This document shows, piece after piece, positions 26,370-40,827 of a DNA stretch of 64,000 bases. Under the pieces are notes generated by a model. That model did no database searches. It saw only the letters and a program-made list of their open reading frames with translations, and was not told the DNA's origin. Position 1 is the first letter of the stretch. Every line of letters begins with the position of its first letter. Origin of the DNA: Macrostomum lignano (lineage: Eukaryota); contig NIVC01002706.1 of assembly GCA_002269645.1 (NCBI GenBank), positions 84,337 to 148,336 on the forward strand. The letters are read 5' to 3'. The position numbers were made by a program, and so were the translations under genes.

Positions 26370-29116
26370 TAATCAAACATCCCTACCATCTATCAAACAT
26401 CCCTACCATTTATCAAACATCCCTACCATTTATCAAACATCCCTACCATTTATCAAACATCCCTACCATTTATCAAACATCCCTACCATTTATCAAACAT
26501 CCCTACCATTTATCAAACATCCCTACCATTTATCAAACATCCCTACCATTTATCAAACATCCCTACCATCTATCAAACATCCCTACCATTTATCAAACAT
26601 CCCTACCATTTATCAAACATCCCTACTATCTATCAAACATCCCTACCATTTATCAAACATCCCTACCATCTTTCAAACATCCCTACCATCTTTCAAACAT
26701 CCCTACCATCTTTCAAACATCCCTACCATCTATCAAATATCCCTACCATCTATCAAATATCCCCTTCAGCTATCAAACATCCCCATCAGCTATCAAACAT
26801 CCCCATCAGCTATCAAACATCCCCATCAGCTATCAAATATCCCATCAGCTATCAAACATCCCCATCAGCTATCAAACATCCCCATCAGCTATCAAACATC
26901 CCCATCAGCTATCAAACATCCCCATCAGCTATCAAAAATCCCCATCAGCTATCAAAAATCCCCATCAGCTATCAAACATACCCATCAGCTATTAAACATC
27001 CCCATCAGCTATCAAATATCCCCATCAGCTATCAAACATCCCCATCAGCTATCAAACATCCCCATCAGCTATCAAACATCCCCATCAGCTATCAAACATC
27101 CCCATCAGCTATCAAATATCCCCATCAGCTATCAAACATCCCCATCAGCTATCAAATATCCCCATCAGCTATCAAATATCCCCATCAGCTATCAAATATC
27201 CCCATCAGCTATCAAATATCCCCATCAGCTATCAAACATCCCCATCAGCTATCAAATATCCCCATCAGCTATCAAATATCCCATCAGCTATCAAACATCC
27301 CCATCAGCTATCAAATATCCCCATCAGCTATCAAATATCCCCATCAGCTATCAAACATCCCCATCAGCTATCAAATATCCCCATCAGCTATCAAATATCC
27401 CCATCAGCTATCAAATATCCCCATCAGCTATCAAATATCCCCATCAGCTATCAAACATCCCCATCAGCTATCAAACATCCCCATCAGCTATCAAATATCC
27501 CCATCAGCTATCAAATATCCCCATCAGCTATCAAATATCCCCATCAGCTATCAAACATCCCCATCAACTATCAAACATCCCCATCAGCTATCAAACATCC
27601 CCATCAGCTATCAAATATCCCCATCAGCTATCAAATATCCCCATCAGCTATCAACCATCCCCATCAGCTATCAACCATCCCCATCAACTATCAAACATCC
27701 CCATCAGCTATCAAATATCCCCATCAGCTATCGAATATCCCCATCAGCTATCAAACATACCCATCAGCTATCAAACATCCCCATCAGCTATCAAATATCC
27801 CCATCAGCTATCAAACATCCCCATCAGCTATCAAATATCCCCATCAGCTATCAAACATCCCCATCAACTATCAAACATCCCCATCAGCTATCAAATATCC
27901 CCATCAGCTATCAAACATCCCCATCAGCTATCAAATATCCCCATCAGCTATCAAATATCCCCATCAGCTATCAACCATCCCCATCAGCTATCAAATATCC
28001 CCATCAGCTATCAAATATCCCATCAGCTATCAAACATCCCCATCAGCTATCAAATATCCCATCAGCTATCAAATATCCCCATCAGCTATCAAATATCCCC
28101 ATCAGCTATCAAATATCCCCATCAGCTATCAAATATCCCCATCAGCTATCAAAAATCCCCATCAGCTATCAAATATCCCCATCAGCTATCAAATTTCTCC
28201 ATCAGCTATCAAACATCCCCATCAGCTATCAAACATCCCCATCAGCTATCAAACATCCCCATCAGCTATCAAACATCCCTACCATCTATCAAACATCCCC
28301 ATCAGCTATCAAAAATCCCCATCAGCTATCAAATATCCCCATCAGCTATCAAATTTCTCCATCAGCTATCAAACATCCCCATCAGCTATCAAACATCCCC
28401 ATCAGCTATCAAAAATCCCCATCAGCTATCAAATATCCCCATCAGCTATCAAATTTCTCCATCAGCTATCAAACATCCCCATCAGCTATCAAACATCCCC
28501 ATCAGCTATCAAACATCCCCATCAGCTATCAAACATCCCCATCAGCTATCAAATATCCCCATCAGCTATCAAACATCCCCATCAGCTATCAAACATCCCC
28601 ATCAGCTATCAAACATCCCCATCAGCTATCAAATATCCCCATCAGCTATCAAACATCCCCATCAGCTATCAAACATCCCCATCAGCTATCAAACATCCCC
28701 ATCAGCTATCAAAAATCCCCATCAGCTATCAAATATCCCCATCAGCTATCAAATTTCTCCATCAGCTATCAAACATCCCCATCAGCTATCAAACATCCCC
28801 ATCAGCTATCAAACATCCCCATCAGCTATCAAACATCCCTACCATCTATCAAACATCCCCATCAGCTATCAAACATCCCCATCAGCTATCAAATATCCCC
28901 ATCAGCTATCAAACATCCCCATCAGCTATCAAACATCCCCATCAGCTATCAAACATCCCTACCATCTATCAAACATCCCCATCAGCTATCAAACATCCCC
29001 ATCAGCTATCAAACATCCCCATCAGCTATCAAACATCCCCATCAGCTATCAAACATCCCCATCAGCTATCAAACATCCCCATCAGCTATCAAACATCCCC
29101 ATCAGCTATCAAACAT
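26370..29116. repeat. 20-bp minisatellite, ~2.7 kb, with a unit switch
   Basis: CCCTACCATTTATCAAACAT changes to CCCCATCAGCTATCAAA(C/T)AT near 26760. Confidence 0.96.
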
Positions 29117-30109
29117 TCCAGTCCACATTGATGCTAATAAAAGCCCTCACAAAGCCCAGTAAATGTGAAGCGCAGAAACTGTGTTATTAGCCACACGAGT
29201 CCACCACTGCCCCCCTCCCCAGACCCGCAACAATGCGGCAGAACAATGGGGTTGAATCCCAGAGCTCAGACAAAAGCCATTGATCTTCTGTCCCATCAAA
29301 CAGCTCCACAGTGTTTCACTTCAGCAGTTGAAAAAAAGTATTGCCGTGACATGAGCTGCGGCAGCATCAAATCTAGGAAATTTATGCTCCAGCTGTCAGC
29401 GAGGCCTCGGCAGCCAACTAAGACTTTTGGATGTCTTATCTCCCGAAATCCCCATCCCCAAGCTGCTCCGTCTCGTCTAGTGTCGGATTCCCGATCTGCT
29501 TGCACTTTTAGCTGCTGCCGCGAAAGCAGCTAGCTGCTGGAATACAAGAGCTAGGATGGGGTGGCTTTGGCCTCCCACCAAAACCTTCCAATGCTAGGCA
29601 GGCAGTCCCCGCTCCTAGACAGCCGTAAGACTGGCATTGTCTCAACTTGCAGCAACAGTAGCAGCAAGGAATTCTTCAGTTTAGCCTCCTCCGCATCGCG
29701 GCTCAGCCAGTTTCCCAGCCATAATTGGGAATATTTGCCTAATTGGACGGTAGGAGGGGGGGGTAAATAAGATGCAAGTGCCTGCCATTCACGCCGAAAA
29801 CAATGCATTGTAGAGAGCCTTTGCTTTTAGTAAAATTTCTTCTATGCAGTTGTTGGCTTGCTAACTCAAATTTGGGACTAGCTCTTGCTTCTTCTGTGAC
29901 TTCAAGTTGTTCTCTATCGGCTGAAATATTAGTATTAATAGAACTTGCACCTTCTCTTGTCTTCAACTTAAAACTCTCTAATTAGTGACATGCAAATTGC
30001 CTACGGAGTTTGGCGATTACTGATAGCCAGGGTGCAGCATTGGAGCTTTAAAGCAATGAAGGGTTGGGGAATGGAAGTTTAGGGAATTGGAGGGTAACGA
30101 AAATGGAGG

Positions 30110-30517
30110 CAAAGGGAAATGGAGGGTAAGGAAAATGGAGGGTAAGGGAAGTGGAGGGTAAGGGAAGTGAAGGGTAAGGGAAGTGGAGGGTAAGAGAAGT
30201 GGAGGGTAAGGGAAGTGGAGGGTAAGGGAAGTGGAGGGTAAGGGAAGTGGAGGGTAAGGGAAGTGGAGGGTAAGAGAAGTGGAGGGTAAGGGAAGTGGAG
30301 GGTAAGGGAAGTGGAGGGTAAGGGAAGTGGAGGGTAAGGGAAGTGGAGGGTAAGGGAAGTGGAGGGTAAGGGAAGTGGAGGGTAAGGGAAGTGGAGGGTA
30401 AGGGAAGTGGAGGGTAAGGGAAGTGGAGGGTAAGGGAAGTGGAGGGTAAGGGAAGTGGAGGGTAAGGGAAGTGGGGGGTAAGGGAAGTGGAGGGTAAGGG
30501 AAGTGGAGGGTAAGAGA
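30110..30517. repeat. 16-bp G-rich minisatellite
   Basis: GGGTAAGGGAAGTGGA units. Confidence 0.95.
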
Positions 30518-31011
30518 AATGCTACAATGAGGATAATGCTTTTGTAATTTCTTTCTAAGCATTAATTCCCAGCTCCAAGCAGCTCCCAGTTTCAATTTCA
30601 AGGCCTAGCGGCAAGCTGTTTCCACAGAACTGTTTTAGCAAACTAAAAACTGCTTCTCCATCGTCTTGGCTCTACCGGCTCTCCTTCGCCTTCCCATATC
30701 CTCAGAGAAGCAGCGGCTCCCCCTCAGAAGGAGCCCCCAGCTGATTGCTCAAATTAATTATTAATACGTCAACAGTCAGTTCAAACTCTCGTGCTGATGG
30801 ACGCTTTACGTTGAAGCCAGAAAGTTTTTTCCCTTTTTCTCTTCTTCCGCCTCGTATCCCGACCCTGCCAGACAGGGAGCTCGATGAGTTCGAGCAATCT
30901 ATTTTTCGAGGCGCGGCTCTTTTTCAAGAGTTTCTTCTTCGATTTTGGATGTCAGAATTTCAGTTCATCTAACACAAGCACTTGTTTTCGGTTTCCAATG
31001 TTAGCTATATG

Positions 31012-31067
31012 TGGCCGCCGACGGAATCGAACCCGGGGGGTCACGGCGCGTTTTACCACTGAGCCAA
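31012..31067 (-). pseudogene. tRNA-like fragment (A and B boxes, no intact anticodon arm); tRNA pseudogene or SINE head
   Basis: Minus strand reads TGGCTCAGTGGTAAAACGCG...CCGGGTTCGATTCCGTCGGCGGCCA. It is too short between the boxes for a cloverleaf. Confidence 0.45.
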
Positions 31068-31439
31068 TTTATAAGCGTAGAGGCATCGAAGTTGCTGGCT
31101 AGTGGCATGCTTTGTTTTGAAGGCTGAAAGCCTACTATTTGGTGAAACTGGGGATTCAAATAATTTTTTTCACTAATGTAAAGAGCTCACAGGGCTCCTC
31201 AGGCAGATGTTCTGCTTGGTCGCTGATCAGTTTATCAGTTTATACTCCATACCAATATAACAGCAATTTGAGGAAAACTCGGCCTCAGGGAGTTTTTCCA
31301 ACCAGTTTTTAGTTGCTACTTGCTCCCGGGGGGACTCCGTGTGCACTTGCTGCACGCTGCAAAACAATTAGCATTGCCAAGAATTTTGCGTAGCAAATGG
31401 AAAAATAAATTCTCAACTGACTCTTCTTGAATCCCAGAT

Positions 31440-32620
31440 GTCTCGAGCACAGTCTATGAGAGTCTGTCCTCATCATTCCTAGGCGTCTCAAGCACAGTCT
31501 ATGAGACTCTTCCCTCATCATACCCAGCCGTCTCAAGCACAGTCTATGAGACTCTTCCCTCATCATACCCAGCCGCCTCAAGCACAGTCTATGAGAGTCT
31601 GCCCATATCATACCCAGCCGCCTCAAGCACAGTCTATGAGAGTCTGCCCATATCATACCCAGCCGCCTCAAGCACAGTCTATGAGAGTCTGCCCATATCA
31701 TACCCAGCCGTCTCAAGCACAGTCTATGAGACTCTTCCCTCATCATACCCAGCCACCTCAAGCACAGTATATGAGAGTCTGTTCTCATCATACCCAGCCG
31801 TCTCAATCACAGTCTATGAGAGTCTGCCCATATCATACCCAGCCGTCTCAAGCACAGTCTATGAGAGTCTGCCCATATCATACCCAGCCGTCTCAAGCAC
31901 AGTCTATGAGAGTCTGCCCATATCATACCCAGCCGTCTCAATCACAGTCTATGAGAGTCTGCCCATATCATACCCAGCCGTCTCAAGCACAGTCTATGAG
32001 AGTCTGCCCATATCATACCCAGCCGCCTCAAGCACAGTATATGAGAGTCTGTTCTCATAATACCCAGCCGTCTCAAGCACAGCCTATGAGACTCTTCCCT
32101 CATCATACCCAGCCGTCTCAAGCACAGCCTATGAGAGTCCGCCCTCATCATACCCAGCCGTCTCAATCACAGTCTATGAGAGTCTGTTCTCATCATACCC
32201 AGCCGTCTCAAGCACAGCCTATGAGAGTCCGCCCTCATCATACCCAGCCGTCTCAATCACAGCCTATGAGAGTCTGTCCTCATCATTCCTAGGCGTCTCA
32301 AGCACAGTCTATGAGACTCTTCCCTCATCATACCCAGCCGCCTCAAGCACAGTCTATGAGAGTCTGTTCTCATCATACCCAGCCGCCTCAAGCACAGCCT
32401 ATGAGAGTCCGCCCTCATCATACCCAGCCGCCTCAAGCACAGCCTATGAGAGTCCGCCCTCATCATACCCAGCCGCCTCAAGCACAGCCTATGAGAGTCC
32501 GCCCTCATCATACCCAGCCGCCTCAAGCACAGCCTATGAGAGTCCGCCCTCATCATACCCAGCCGCCTCAAGCACAGCCTATGAGAGTCCGCCCTCATCA
32601 TACCCAGCCGTCTCAAGCAC
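31440..32620. repeat. 45-bp minisatellite ending ~95 bp upstream of the GPCR ATG
   Basis: GCACAGTCTATGAGAGTCTGCCCATATCATACCCAGCCGTCTCAA units. Confidence 0.95.
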
Positions 32621-32715
32621 TTCAAGAGACGCCTGTCCACTTCAAGTATCTCAAGCAGGCTGAACCAAGCGAAATCCTAAAATAAACCGGATCCCACACT
32701 CGCACAGGAATCGCA

Positions 32716-32984
32716 ATGAATGCTGAAAACGCTTCAAGCAACAGCAGCAGAATTTCCTGCCCAAAGTTCGATTGGTTCGCTGTCGACGTTGAGCACCCGG
32801 CCTACCTGTGCCAGCTGGGCACCATCACGATCGGCCTGGTGCTGAACGGGCTCACTATGGGAGTTTTCTCTGTTGGCAAGGAGTTCAAAGGAGCTCCGTT
32901 TGTGTTCATGTGGGCGCTGGCCCTGTCCGACATCTGCAATCTGGTGGTCAAGTGGCCCGAGTGCTTTGTCATGGCCATGAGAGA
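32716..32984 (+). CDS. Rhodopsin-family (class A) peptide-type GPCR, exon 1 (N-terminus, TM1-TM2)
   Basis: MNAENASSNSS (N-glycosylation sequons), TM1 GLVLNGLTMGVF, TM2 LALSDICNL. GA|GTGAGT donor, phase 2. Confidence 0.9.
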
Positions 32985-33074
32985 GTGAGTGGCTGCTCTT
33001 TGCTTCTTGTTGCGCCTAGGAGCGTTTATTAGAAGGGTCGTTACTCTCAGCGATAGATAGAGTGAACTGTCTAC

Positions 33075-35855
33075 CCAGACACTGTACCCCATAGACACTG
33101 TACCCCATAGACACTGTACCCCATAGACACTGTACCCCATAGACACTGTACCCCATAGACACTGTACCCCATAGACACTGTACCCCATAGACACTGTACC
33201 CCATAGACACTGTACCCCATAGACACTGTACCCCATAGACACTGTACCCCATAGACACTGTACCCCATAGACACTGTACCCCATAGACACTGTACCCCAT
33301 AGACACTGTACCCCATAGACACTGTACCCCATAGACACTGTACCCCATAGACACTGTACCCCATAGACACTGTACCCCATAGACACTGTACCCCATAGAC
33401 ACTGTACCCCATAGACACTGTACCCCATAGACACTGTACCCCATAGACACTGTACCCCATAGACACTGTACCCCATAGACACTGTACCCCATAGACACTG
33501 TACCCCATAGACACTGTACCCCATAGACACTGTACCCCATAGACACTGTACCCCATAGACACTGTACCCCATAGACACTGTACCCCATAGACACTGTACC
33601 CCATAGACACTGTACCCCATAGACACTGTACCCCATAGACACTGTACCCCATAGACACTGTACCCCATAGACACTGTACCCCATAGACACTGTACCCCAT
33701 AGACACTGTACCCCATAGACACTGTACACCATAGACACTGTACCCCATAGACACTGTACCCCATAGACACTGTACACCATAGACACTGTACCCCATAGAA
33801 ACTGTACCCCATAGACACTGTACCCCATAGACACTGTACCCCATAGACACTGTACCCCATAGACACTGTACCCCATAGACACTGTACCCCATAGACACTG
33901 TACCCCATAGACACTGTACCCCATAGACACTGTACCCCATAGACACTGTACCCCATAGACACTGTACCCCATAGACACTGTACCCCATAGACACTGTACC
34001 CCATAGACACTGTACCCCATAGACACTGTACCCCATAGACACTGTACCCCATAGACACTGTACCCCATAGACACTGTACCCCATAGACACTGTACCCCAT
34101 AGACACTGTACCCCATAGACACTGTACCCCATAGACACTGTACCCCATAGACACTGTACCCCATAGACACTGTACCCCATAGACACTGTACCCCATAGAC
34201 ACTGTACCCCATAGACACTGTACCCCATAGACACTGTACCCCATAGACACTGTACCCCATAGACACTGTACCCCATAGACACTGTACCCCATAGACACTG
34301 TACCCCATAGACACTGTACCCCATAGACACTGTACCCCATAGACACTGTACCCCATAGACACTGTACCCCATAGAAACTGTACCCCATAGACACTGTACC
34401 CCATAGACACTGTACCCCATAGAAACTGTACCCCATAGACACTGTACCCCATAGACACTGTACCCCATAGAAACTGTACCCCATAGACACTGTACCCCAT
34501 AGACACTGTACCCCATAGACACTGTACCCCATAGACACTGTACCCCATAGACACTGTACCCCATAGACACTGTACCCCATAGACACTGTACCCCATAGAC
34601 ACTGTACCCCATAGACACTGTACCCCATAGACACTGTACCCCATAGACACTGTACCCCATAGACACTGTACCCCATAGACACTGTACCCCATAGACACTG
34701 TACCCCATAGACACTGTACCCCATAGACACTGTACCCCATAGACACTGTACCCCATAGACACTGTACCCCATAGACACTGTACCCCATAGACACTGTACC
34801 CCATAGACACTGTACCCCATAGACACTGTACCCCATAGACACTGTACCCCATAGACACTGTACCCCATAGACACTGTACCCCATAGACACTGTACCCCAT
34901 AGACACTGTACCCCATAGACACTGTACCCCATAGACACTGTACCCCAAAGACACTGTACCCCATAGACACTGTACCCCATAGACACTGTACCCCATAGAC
35001 ACTGTACCCCATAGACACTGTACCCCATAGACACTGTACCCCATAGACACTGTACACCATAGACACTGTACCCCATAGACACTGTACCCCATAGACACTG
35101 TACACCATAGACACTGTACCCCATAGACACTGTACCCCATAGACACTGTACCCCATACACACTGTACCCCATAGACACTGTACCCCATAGACACTGTACC
35201 CCATAGACACTGTACCCCATAGACACTGTACCCCAAAGACACTGTACCCCATAGACACTGTACCCCATAGACACTGTACCCCATAGACACTGTACACCAT
35301 AGACACTGTACCCCATAGACACTGTACCCCATAGACACTGTACCCCATACACAGTGTACCCCATAGACACTGTACCCCATAGACACTGTACCCCATACAC
35401 AGTGTACCCCATAGACACTGTACCCCATAGACACTGTACCCCATAGACACTGTACCCCATAGACACTGTACCCCATAGACACTGTACCCCATAGACACTG
35501 TACCCCATAGACACTGTACCCCATAGACACTGTACCCCATAGACACTGTACACCATAGACACTGTACCCCATAGACACTGTACCCCATAGACACTGTACC
35601 CCATAGACACTGTACACCATAGACACTGTACCCCATAGACACTGTACCCCATAGACACTGTACACCATAGACACTGTACCCCATAGACACTGTACCCCAT
35701 AGACACACTGTACCCCATAGACACTGTACACCATAGACACTGTACCCCATAGACACTGTACCCCATAGACACTGTACCCCATAGACACTGTACCCCATAG
35801 ACACTGTACCCCATAGACACTGTACACCATAGACACTGTACCCCATAGACACTGT
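33075..35855. repeat. 16-bp minisatellite, ~2.8 kb, in the GPCR intron
   Basis: ACCCCATAGACACTGT units. The same family occurs at 40395 and 41357. Confidence 0.97.
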
Positions 35856-37131
35856 TACAAAGCAAAGGCTTTCGTCATACAATATCATGAATAGCTGTAT
35901 GTAGGCAGAATTAACTAGCGGTCATTAGTTAGGCCTCACCAACAGACTATATTGATCTTTCCGCATCTCAATAAGCTTGCACTCTAAGCAGCAAAGCTTC
36001 AGTTTTCTTTCTACTTGCCACCTCAACAAGGGCCAGGGAGGCCGGGGGAATTAGGAAGATCGGCAGAGCGGGATCAATAGCTAATCCGTGTCCCGCCTCA
36101 TCACCGGAATCTTCTCCAGAGAAGCTGGGAAAAGACCAATAAAAGACAGTGGCCAGTGGTCTCCTTCAAAAGCCCAGGATAGAAGGTGGTCTTGGGATCG
36201 ATTCGGAGGGCCAGCCCAGCTCGACCCCACTCCAAGTTTGAGACCATTTTATTTATTTGTTTTTCCTCTCAGCATCCAGTTTCCCAGGCCGAATGTTTGC
36301 CTGCTCGACCCTCTCCGCCTTTGCCTCCCTTTTAGTGAGGGACCAAACGAGGAGGAGAGGCGGTGACGCTGCAAGGGCGGGGGCGGGACGCGGGCCAGCT
36401 GCTGGTTCAGCGAAATCCCGGACAAAATCAATGGGAGCCTCTGAGTTGGGCGTCGAGTTTAATTAATTTATGGAATCGCCGAGTCGGCCAGCCCGTACCA
36501 ATTGAAGCGCTGGGACAGTTGTCATGTCCTCGGGGGCTTTTTTGTCAGCACAGATTTTACGAGACTTTTACAGATTTTTCAGCGCCAGTGGCTTCTGAAG
36601 GGGGGGGGGGGTTGGTTATAATAAATAGAGGAGCATTAATATTAATCAGCTTCGCTTATTATTATTATTTCGGCAGTGAGCGAGTGAGTAAGCGAGAAAG
36701 AGATGAGGGCGGAGAGTGACAGCTAACTGCCAACCAGCCTCCCGTGGGAATAGCATAGGAACAGCCTTTGGCTGCACAGAGAGGAGTTGATGCGGGAGGG
36801 AAATTTCTGCCTAATTTTCTACCAGAGAAAAGTGCTGGAAAATAAAAAATATGATATCATTCATGCCCATTTTTATTGCCTGTTTTTCTGTATTTCGGTC
36901 AAGCAGCAAGTAGTGCATCGAAATATCTGTGCATCTCATGCTGTACTTCAGCTCTCTCAGCTATTTCAGCTACCAGTTTCCTCCTCGAGTCAGTACAATA
37001 GACTCCCCCGACTGTCTCAGCCTTCTTTGGCGCACGCCATTTATCACTGGGCTTCTAATTCACGGTTAAATTTCCTGCTTCATCAGCTTGGTTGCTAGGA
37101 TTTCAATAAGCCAAATCCCCGTCGCGCACAG

Positions 37132-38146
37132 GAAACCCAAAGGCTGGAAGCCTCTAAAGGACACCAAGCTCTACATGTACTACATGTGGTCCAACTACCT
37201 GAACCCCATCGGCAACATCACCGAGAACATCAGCGTCTGGCTCATAGTCTGCCTAGCCCTGGAGCGCTACATCTCCATGAAGCACTACAACATATCCAAG
37301 ACTTGGTGCACGTCGAGAAATGCCATACGGGTGACGCTGGGCATCCTCGGCATCGCCTGCCTCATCAATCTGTTCTCATTCTTCGGCATGCGCGCCTACT
37401 ACGGACACGACGGCAACGAGACGTTCGTTGGCGGCAGAGCGTCCTATTTCTACAGCACAGTCTGGTACGAGATCTGCATCTGGCTGCGCGCCTGCGCCGC
37501 CCAGTTCCTGCCGCTGGTGTTCCTGGCCGTCGCCAACTGCCGTTTGATCTTCGCTCTGCGCCGCCAGTCGCGCAAGATGAAGAAGTACTCGCAGCCGCAG
37601 CCGCCCGCGCCGCCGCCGCAGCAGCAGCAGGTCGTGTCGCCTCTGAAACGGTCGAGCGTCAACTCGCGACGGCACGCTGCGCAGCGCCGCCTCACCATCA
37701 TGCTGGTGATGGTCATCGGCCTGGTGCTGTTCGGCCAGATACCGCAGGCCTTCTCCTTTCACAAGCTGTTCAGCATCATCTTCCGCTGCCCGCCGGGCTG
37801 CCCGCTGGACCGGTGCCTCACCTACCGCAAGTACAAACTGCTGGCCAACGCGCCCAACCTGCTGTGCTACAGCTGCAACTTCTTCATTTATTTCGGCCTG
37901 AACAAGCACTTCCGCAGTCACGTGATCCGAATGTTCACCTGCCGCTGCTGCTGCTGCCATGCGGACGGCTCCGGCCAGGCACACAACACCAACAATGGGC
38001 TCTACACCACCATGCAGCCCGACGGGACAGTCGCCGCCATCGCTGTCAACGGTGCCCACGAAGAAGCCGAACTGGCAGACGACGAACTTGGGCACCAGAT
38101 GCCGCTGTTGAAGCCGCCGCAGACGCCACAAGCAGTGCCGTCCTGA
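37132..38146 (+). CDS. Rhodopsin-family GPCR, exon 2 (TM3-TM7, C-tail); FMRFamide/myosuppressin-receptor-like
   Basis: GCACAG|G acceptor, phase 2, joining as MRE-KPKG. Motifs: SVWLIVCLALERY (TM3), QFLPLVFLAVANCRL (TM5), FGQIPQ (TM6), CYSCNFFIYFGLNKHFR (TM7/helix 8), then a Cys-rich tail. Confidence 0.92.
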
Positions 38147-38884
38147 GTTCGAATTTTATTTTTAAAAGTAGCAACAGACTGGGGAAAAGCGCTTTCGCAT
38201 TCCCAGGAAATGAAGAGAAACATACCTTATACCAAACAATCAACTAAATGTACAGAGTGTTGTAGCCTGTTCAGTGTGGAGTTTGGATGAGCGAATATTT
38301 CTATTTTTTCATCAATTCTTCATGGCTACTTTCTACTCAGCCGTCATAGTCTAAGGACTATGGCTACTCAATGTACTCTGTGAAACCTGTGATCCCGTGA
38401 CCCAGTTAATCTGTCCATTGCTGCTGATGCTGCTGCAGCTTCGCAATGAAAAATATTGATTTTATAAATTTATTCATCTTGTTGGTCATTTGTCTCGGTA
38501 GTACAAATCCGGCCCAAGTTCTCTGACAGTGATGAATTCGATGCAATGCTTTGCGTTATATGCTTATTTTAGGACATTGGACTTAAAAATGCTACCCTCT
38601 AATATTTGCACCCTACTCAGCATTGCCTCACCAAATCTGTGTGGTTGCGTGTTTATAATCTTAATCGTTTGCGTACAACTTTGGCACATGTTTAATCCGA
38701 ATTTAATAGCAATGACTACAACTATATTTATATTCACGTGTATTGCAGTCTGCATCAGTGCGCACATAAGCATTTCTCACCCCCTTCAAATATCAAACTC
38801 TCATACTTGTGTATCCCTTTCCGTTGTCCTTTATCTGTACCTCCCGGACTACATGTCTGTCTGTCAGTCTGTATCTCCCTCCGT

Positions 38885-39720
38885 ATCCCCTGTGTCTCCC
38901 CTCTCTGTGTCTCCCCTCTCTGCATCCCCCCTTCCTGTGTCTCCCCTCTCTGTGCCCCCCTTCCTGTGTCTCCCCTCTCTGTGTCTCCCCTCTCTGTGTC
39001 TCCCCTCTCTGTGTCTCCCCTCTCTGTGTCTCCCATCTCTGTGTCTCCCCTCTCTGTGTCTCCCCTCTCTGTGTCTCCCCTTCCTGTGTCTCCCCTCTCT
39101 GTGTCTCCCATCTCTGTGTCTCCCCTTCCTGTGTCTCCCCTCTCTGTGTCTCCCATCTCTGTGTCTCCCCTCTCTGTGTCTCCCCTCTCTGTGTCTCCCC
39201 TCTCTGCGTCTCCCATCTCTGTGTCTCCCATCTCTGTGTCTCCCCTTCCTGTGTCTCCCCTCTCTGTGTCTCCCCTCTCTGTGTCTCCCCTCTCTGCATC
39301 CCCCCTTCCTGTGTCTCCCCTCTCTGTGCCCCCCTTCCTGTGTCTCCCCTCTCTGTGTCTCCCCTCTCTGTGTCTCCCCTCTCTGTGTCTCCCCTCTCTG
39401 TGTCTCCATCTCTGTGTCTCCATCTCTGTGTCTCCCCTCTCTGTGTCTCCCCTCTCTGTGTCTCCCCTCTCTGTGTCTCCCATCTCTGTGTCTCCCATCT
39501 CTGTGTCTCCCCTTCCTGTGTCTCCCCTCTCTGTGTCTCCCATCTCTGTGTCTCCCCTCTCTGTGTCTCCCCTCTCTGTGTCTCCCCTCTCTGTGTCTCC
39601 CCTCTCTGTGTCTCCCCTCTCTGTGTCTCCCCTCTCTGTGTCTCCCCTCTCTGTGTCTCCCCTCTCTGTGTCTCCCCTCTCTGTGTCTCCCCTCTCTGTG
39701 TCTCCCCTTTCTATGTCTCT
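38885..39720. repeat. 15-bp CT-rich minisatellite
   Basis: GTGTCTCCCCTCTCT units. Confidence 0.94.
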
Positions 39721-40394
39721 CTATGTACCCCCCTATCGTTTTTGTACTAAACTTTATACTTCAAAAGTGTTCATTTGTTAAAAAAATTATGTCAGTTTGA
39801 CTGATTCTTAACACCTCTCCCTGTCTATATCTGTCTCTCCTGTCAGCAAAGCAAATACTTCAGTCTGTTATTGCAAGAACATCTTGCTAAGATTTTATTT
39901 TTGTTCAGCTTGCACATAAGTTGGTCTTTTAAATTAGCTAAATATACAATATTATAAACAAAAGTCACGTCTTTAAATACGCTCGTAACAGACGCATTAT
40001 TCTAACGCAGTAATGCCTTTTCTTATATTGCTTTTGATAAAATATTATCGGCAAAGTCTCCAGGTTACGCCCGGTCAAGCCATGCAGGCGGCTAAGATAC
40101 TCGTATTACTGCCCCTGCCTTCAACAATGTAAAATAGGCATAAAATATATTGGACGACCGACCAATGCCGAATGCTTCCGTTTATTAAACAGCAGCATGC
40201 TGCCTCCCACTGCGATTGCTGCACTCTCTGACTGGGACCAGCTATCGGAGCAAGCATTATATGATATGAATTGCGTTTGGAGTGGGCAAAAGTCCACTGC
40301 TGCTTGACCGCATTTATTGCTCTAAGAGATAGTCTACGTCTTAGTCTTAATGCTCTTAATACTCTTAATACCAAATAGTCTTAATACCCCTAAT

Positions 40395-40827
40395 ACTGTA
40401 CCCCATAGACACTGTACCCCATAGACACTGTACCTCATAGACACTGTACCCCATAGACACTGTACCCCATAGACACTGTACCCCATAGACACTGTACCCC
40501 ATAGAAACTGTACCCCATAGACACTGTACCCCATAGACACTGTGCCTCATAGACACTGTACCCCATAGACACTGTACCCCATAGACACTGTACCCCATAG
40601 ACACTGTACCCCATAGACACTGTACCCCATAGACACTGTACCCCATAGACACTGTACCCCATAGACACTGTACCCCATAGACACTGTACCCCATAGACAC
40701 TGTACCCCATAGACACTGTACCCCATAGACACTGTACACCATAGACACTGTACCCCATAGACACTGTAACCCGTAGACACTGTACCCCATAGACACTGTA
40801 CCCCAGAGACGCTGTACCCCATAGACC
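40395..40827. repeat. 16-bp minisatellite (left arm of an inverted pair)
   Basis: ACCCCATAGACACTGT units. Confidence 0.95.

Noticed and set aside
26300-29190. 947-aa repeat ORF; likewise the long ORFs at 5172-6349, 11376-12319, 17057-18517, 19313-20362, 38529-39800, 41346-42563 and 58331-59572
   Set aside because: All coincide with minisatellites, and the one at 58331 lies within an ATE1 intron.
29165-29985. Cluster of overlapping 60-120 aa ORFs
   Set aside because: No motif, codon bias or splice chain that I can support.
32802-35888. ~1000-aa ORFs on the minus strand
   Set aside because: They are translations of the 16-bp array inside the GPCR intron. The same peptide arises in all three frames.
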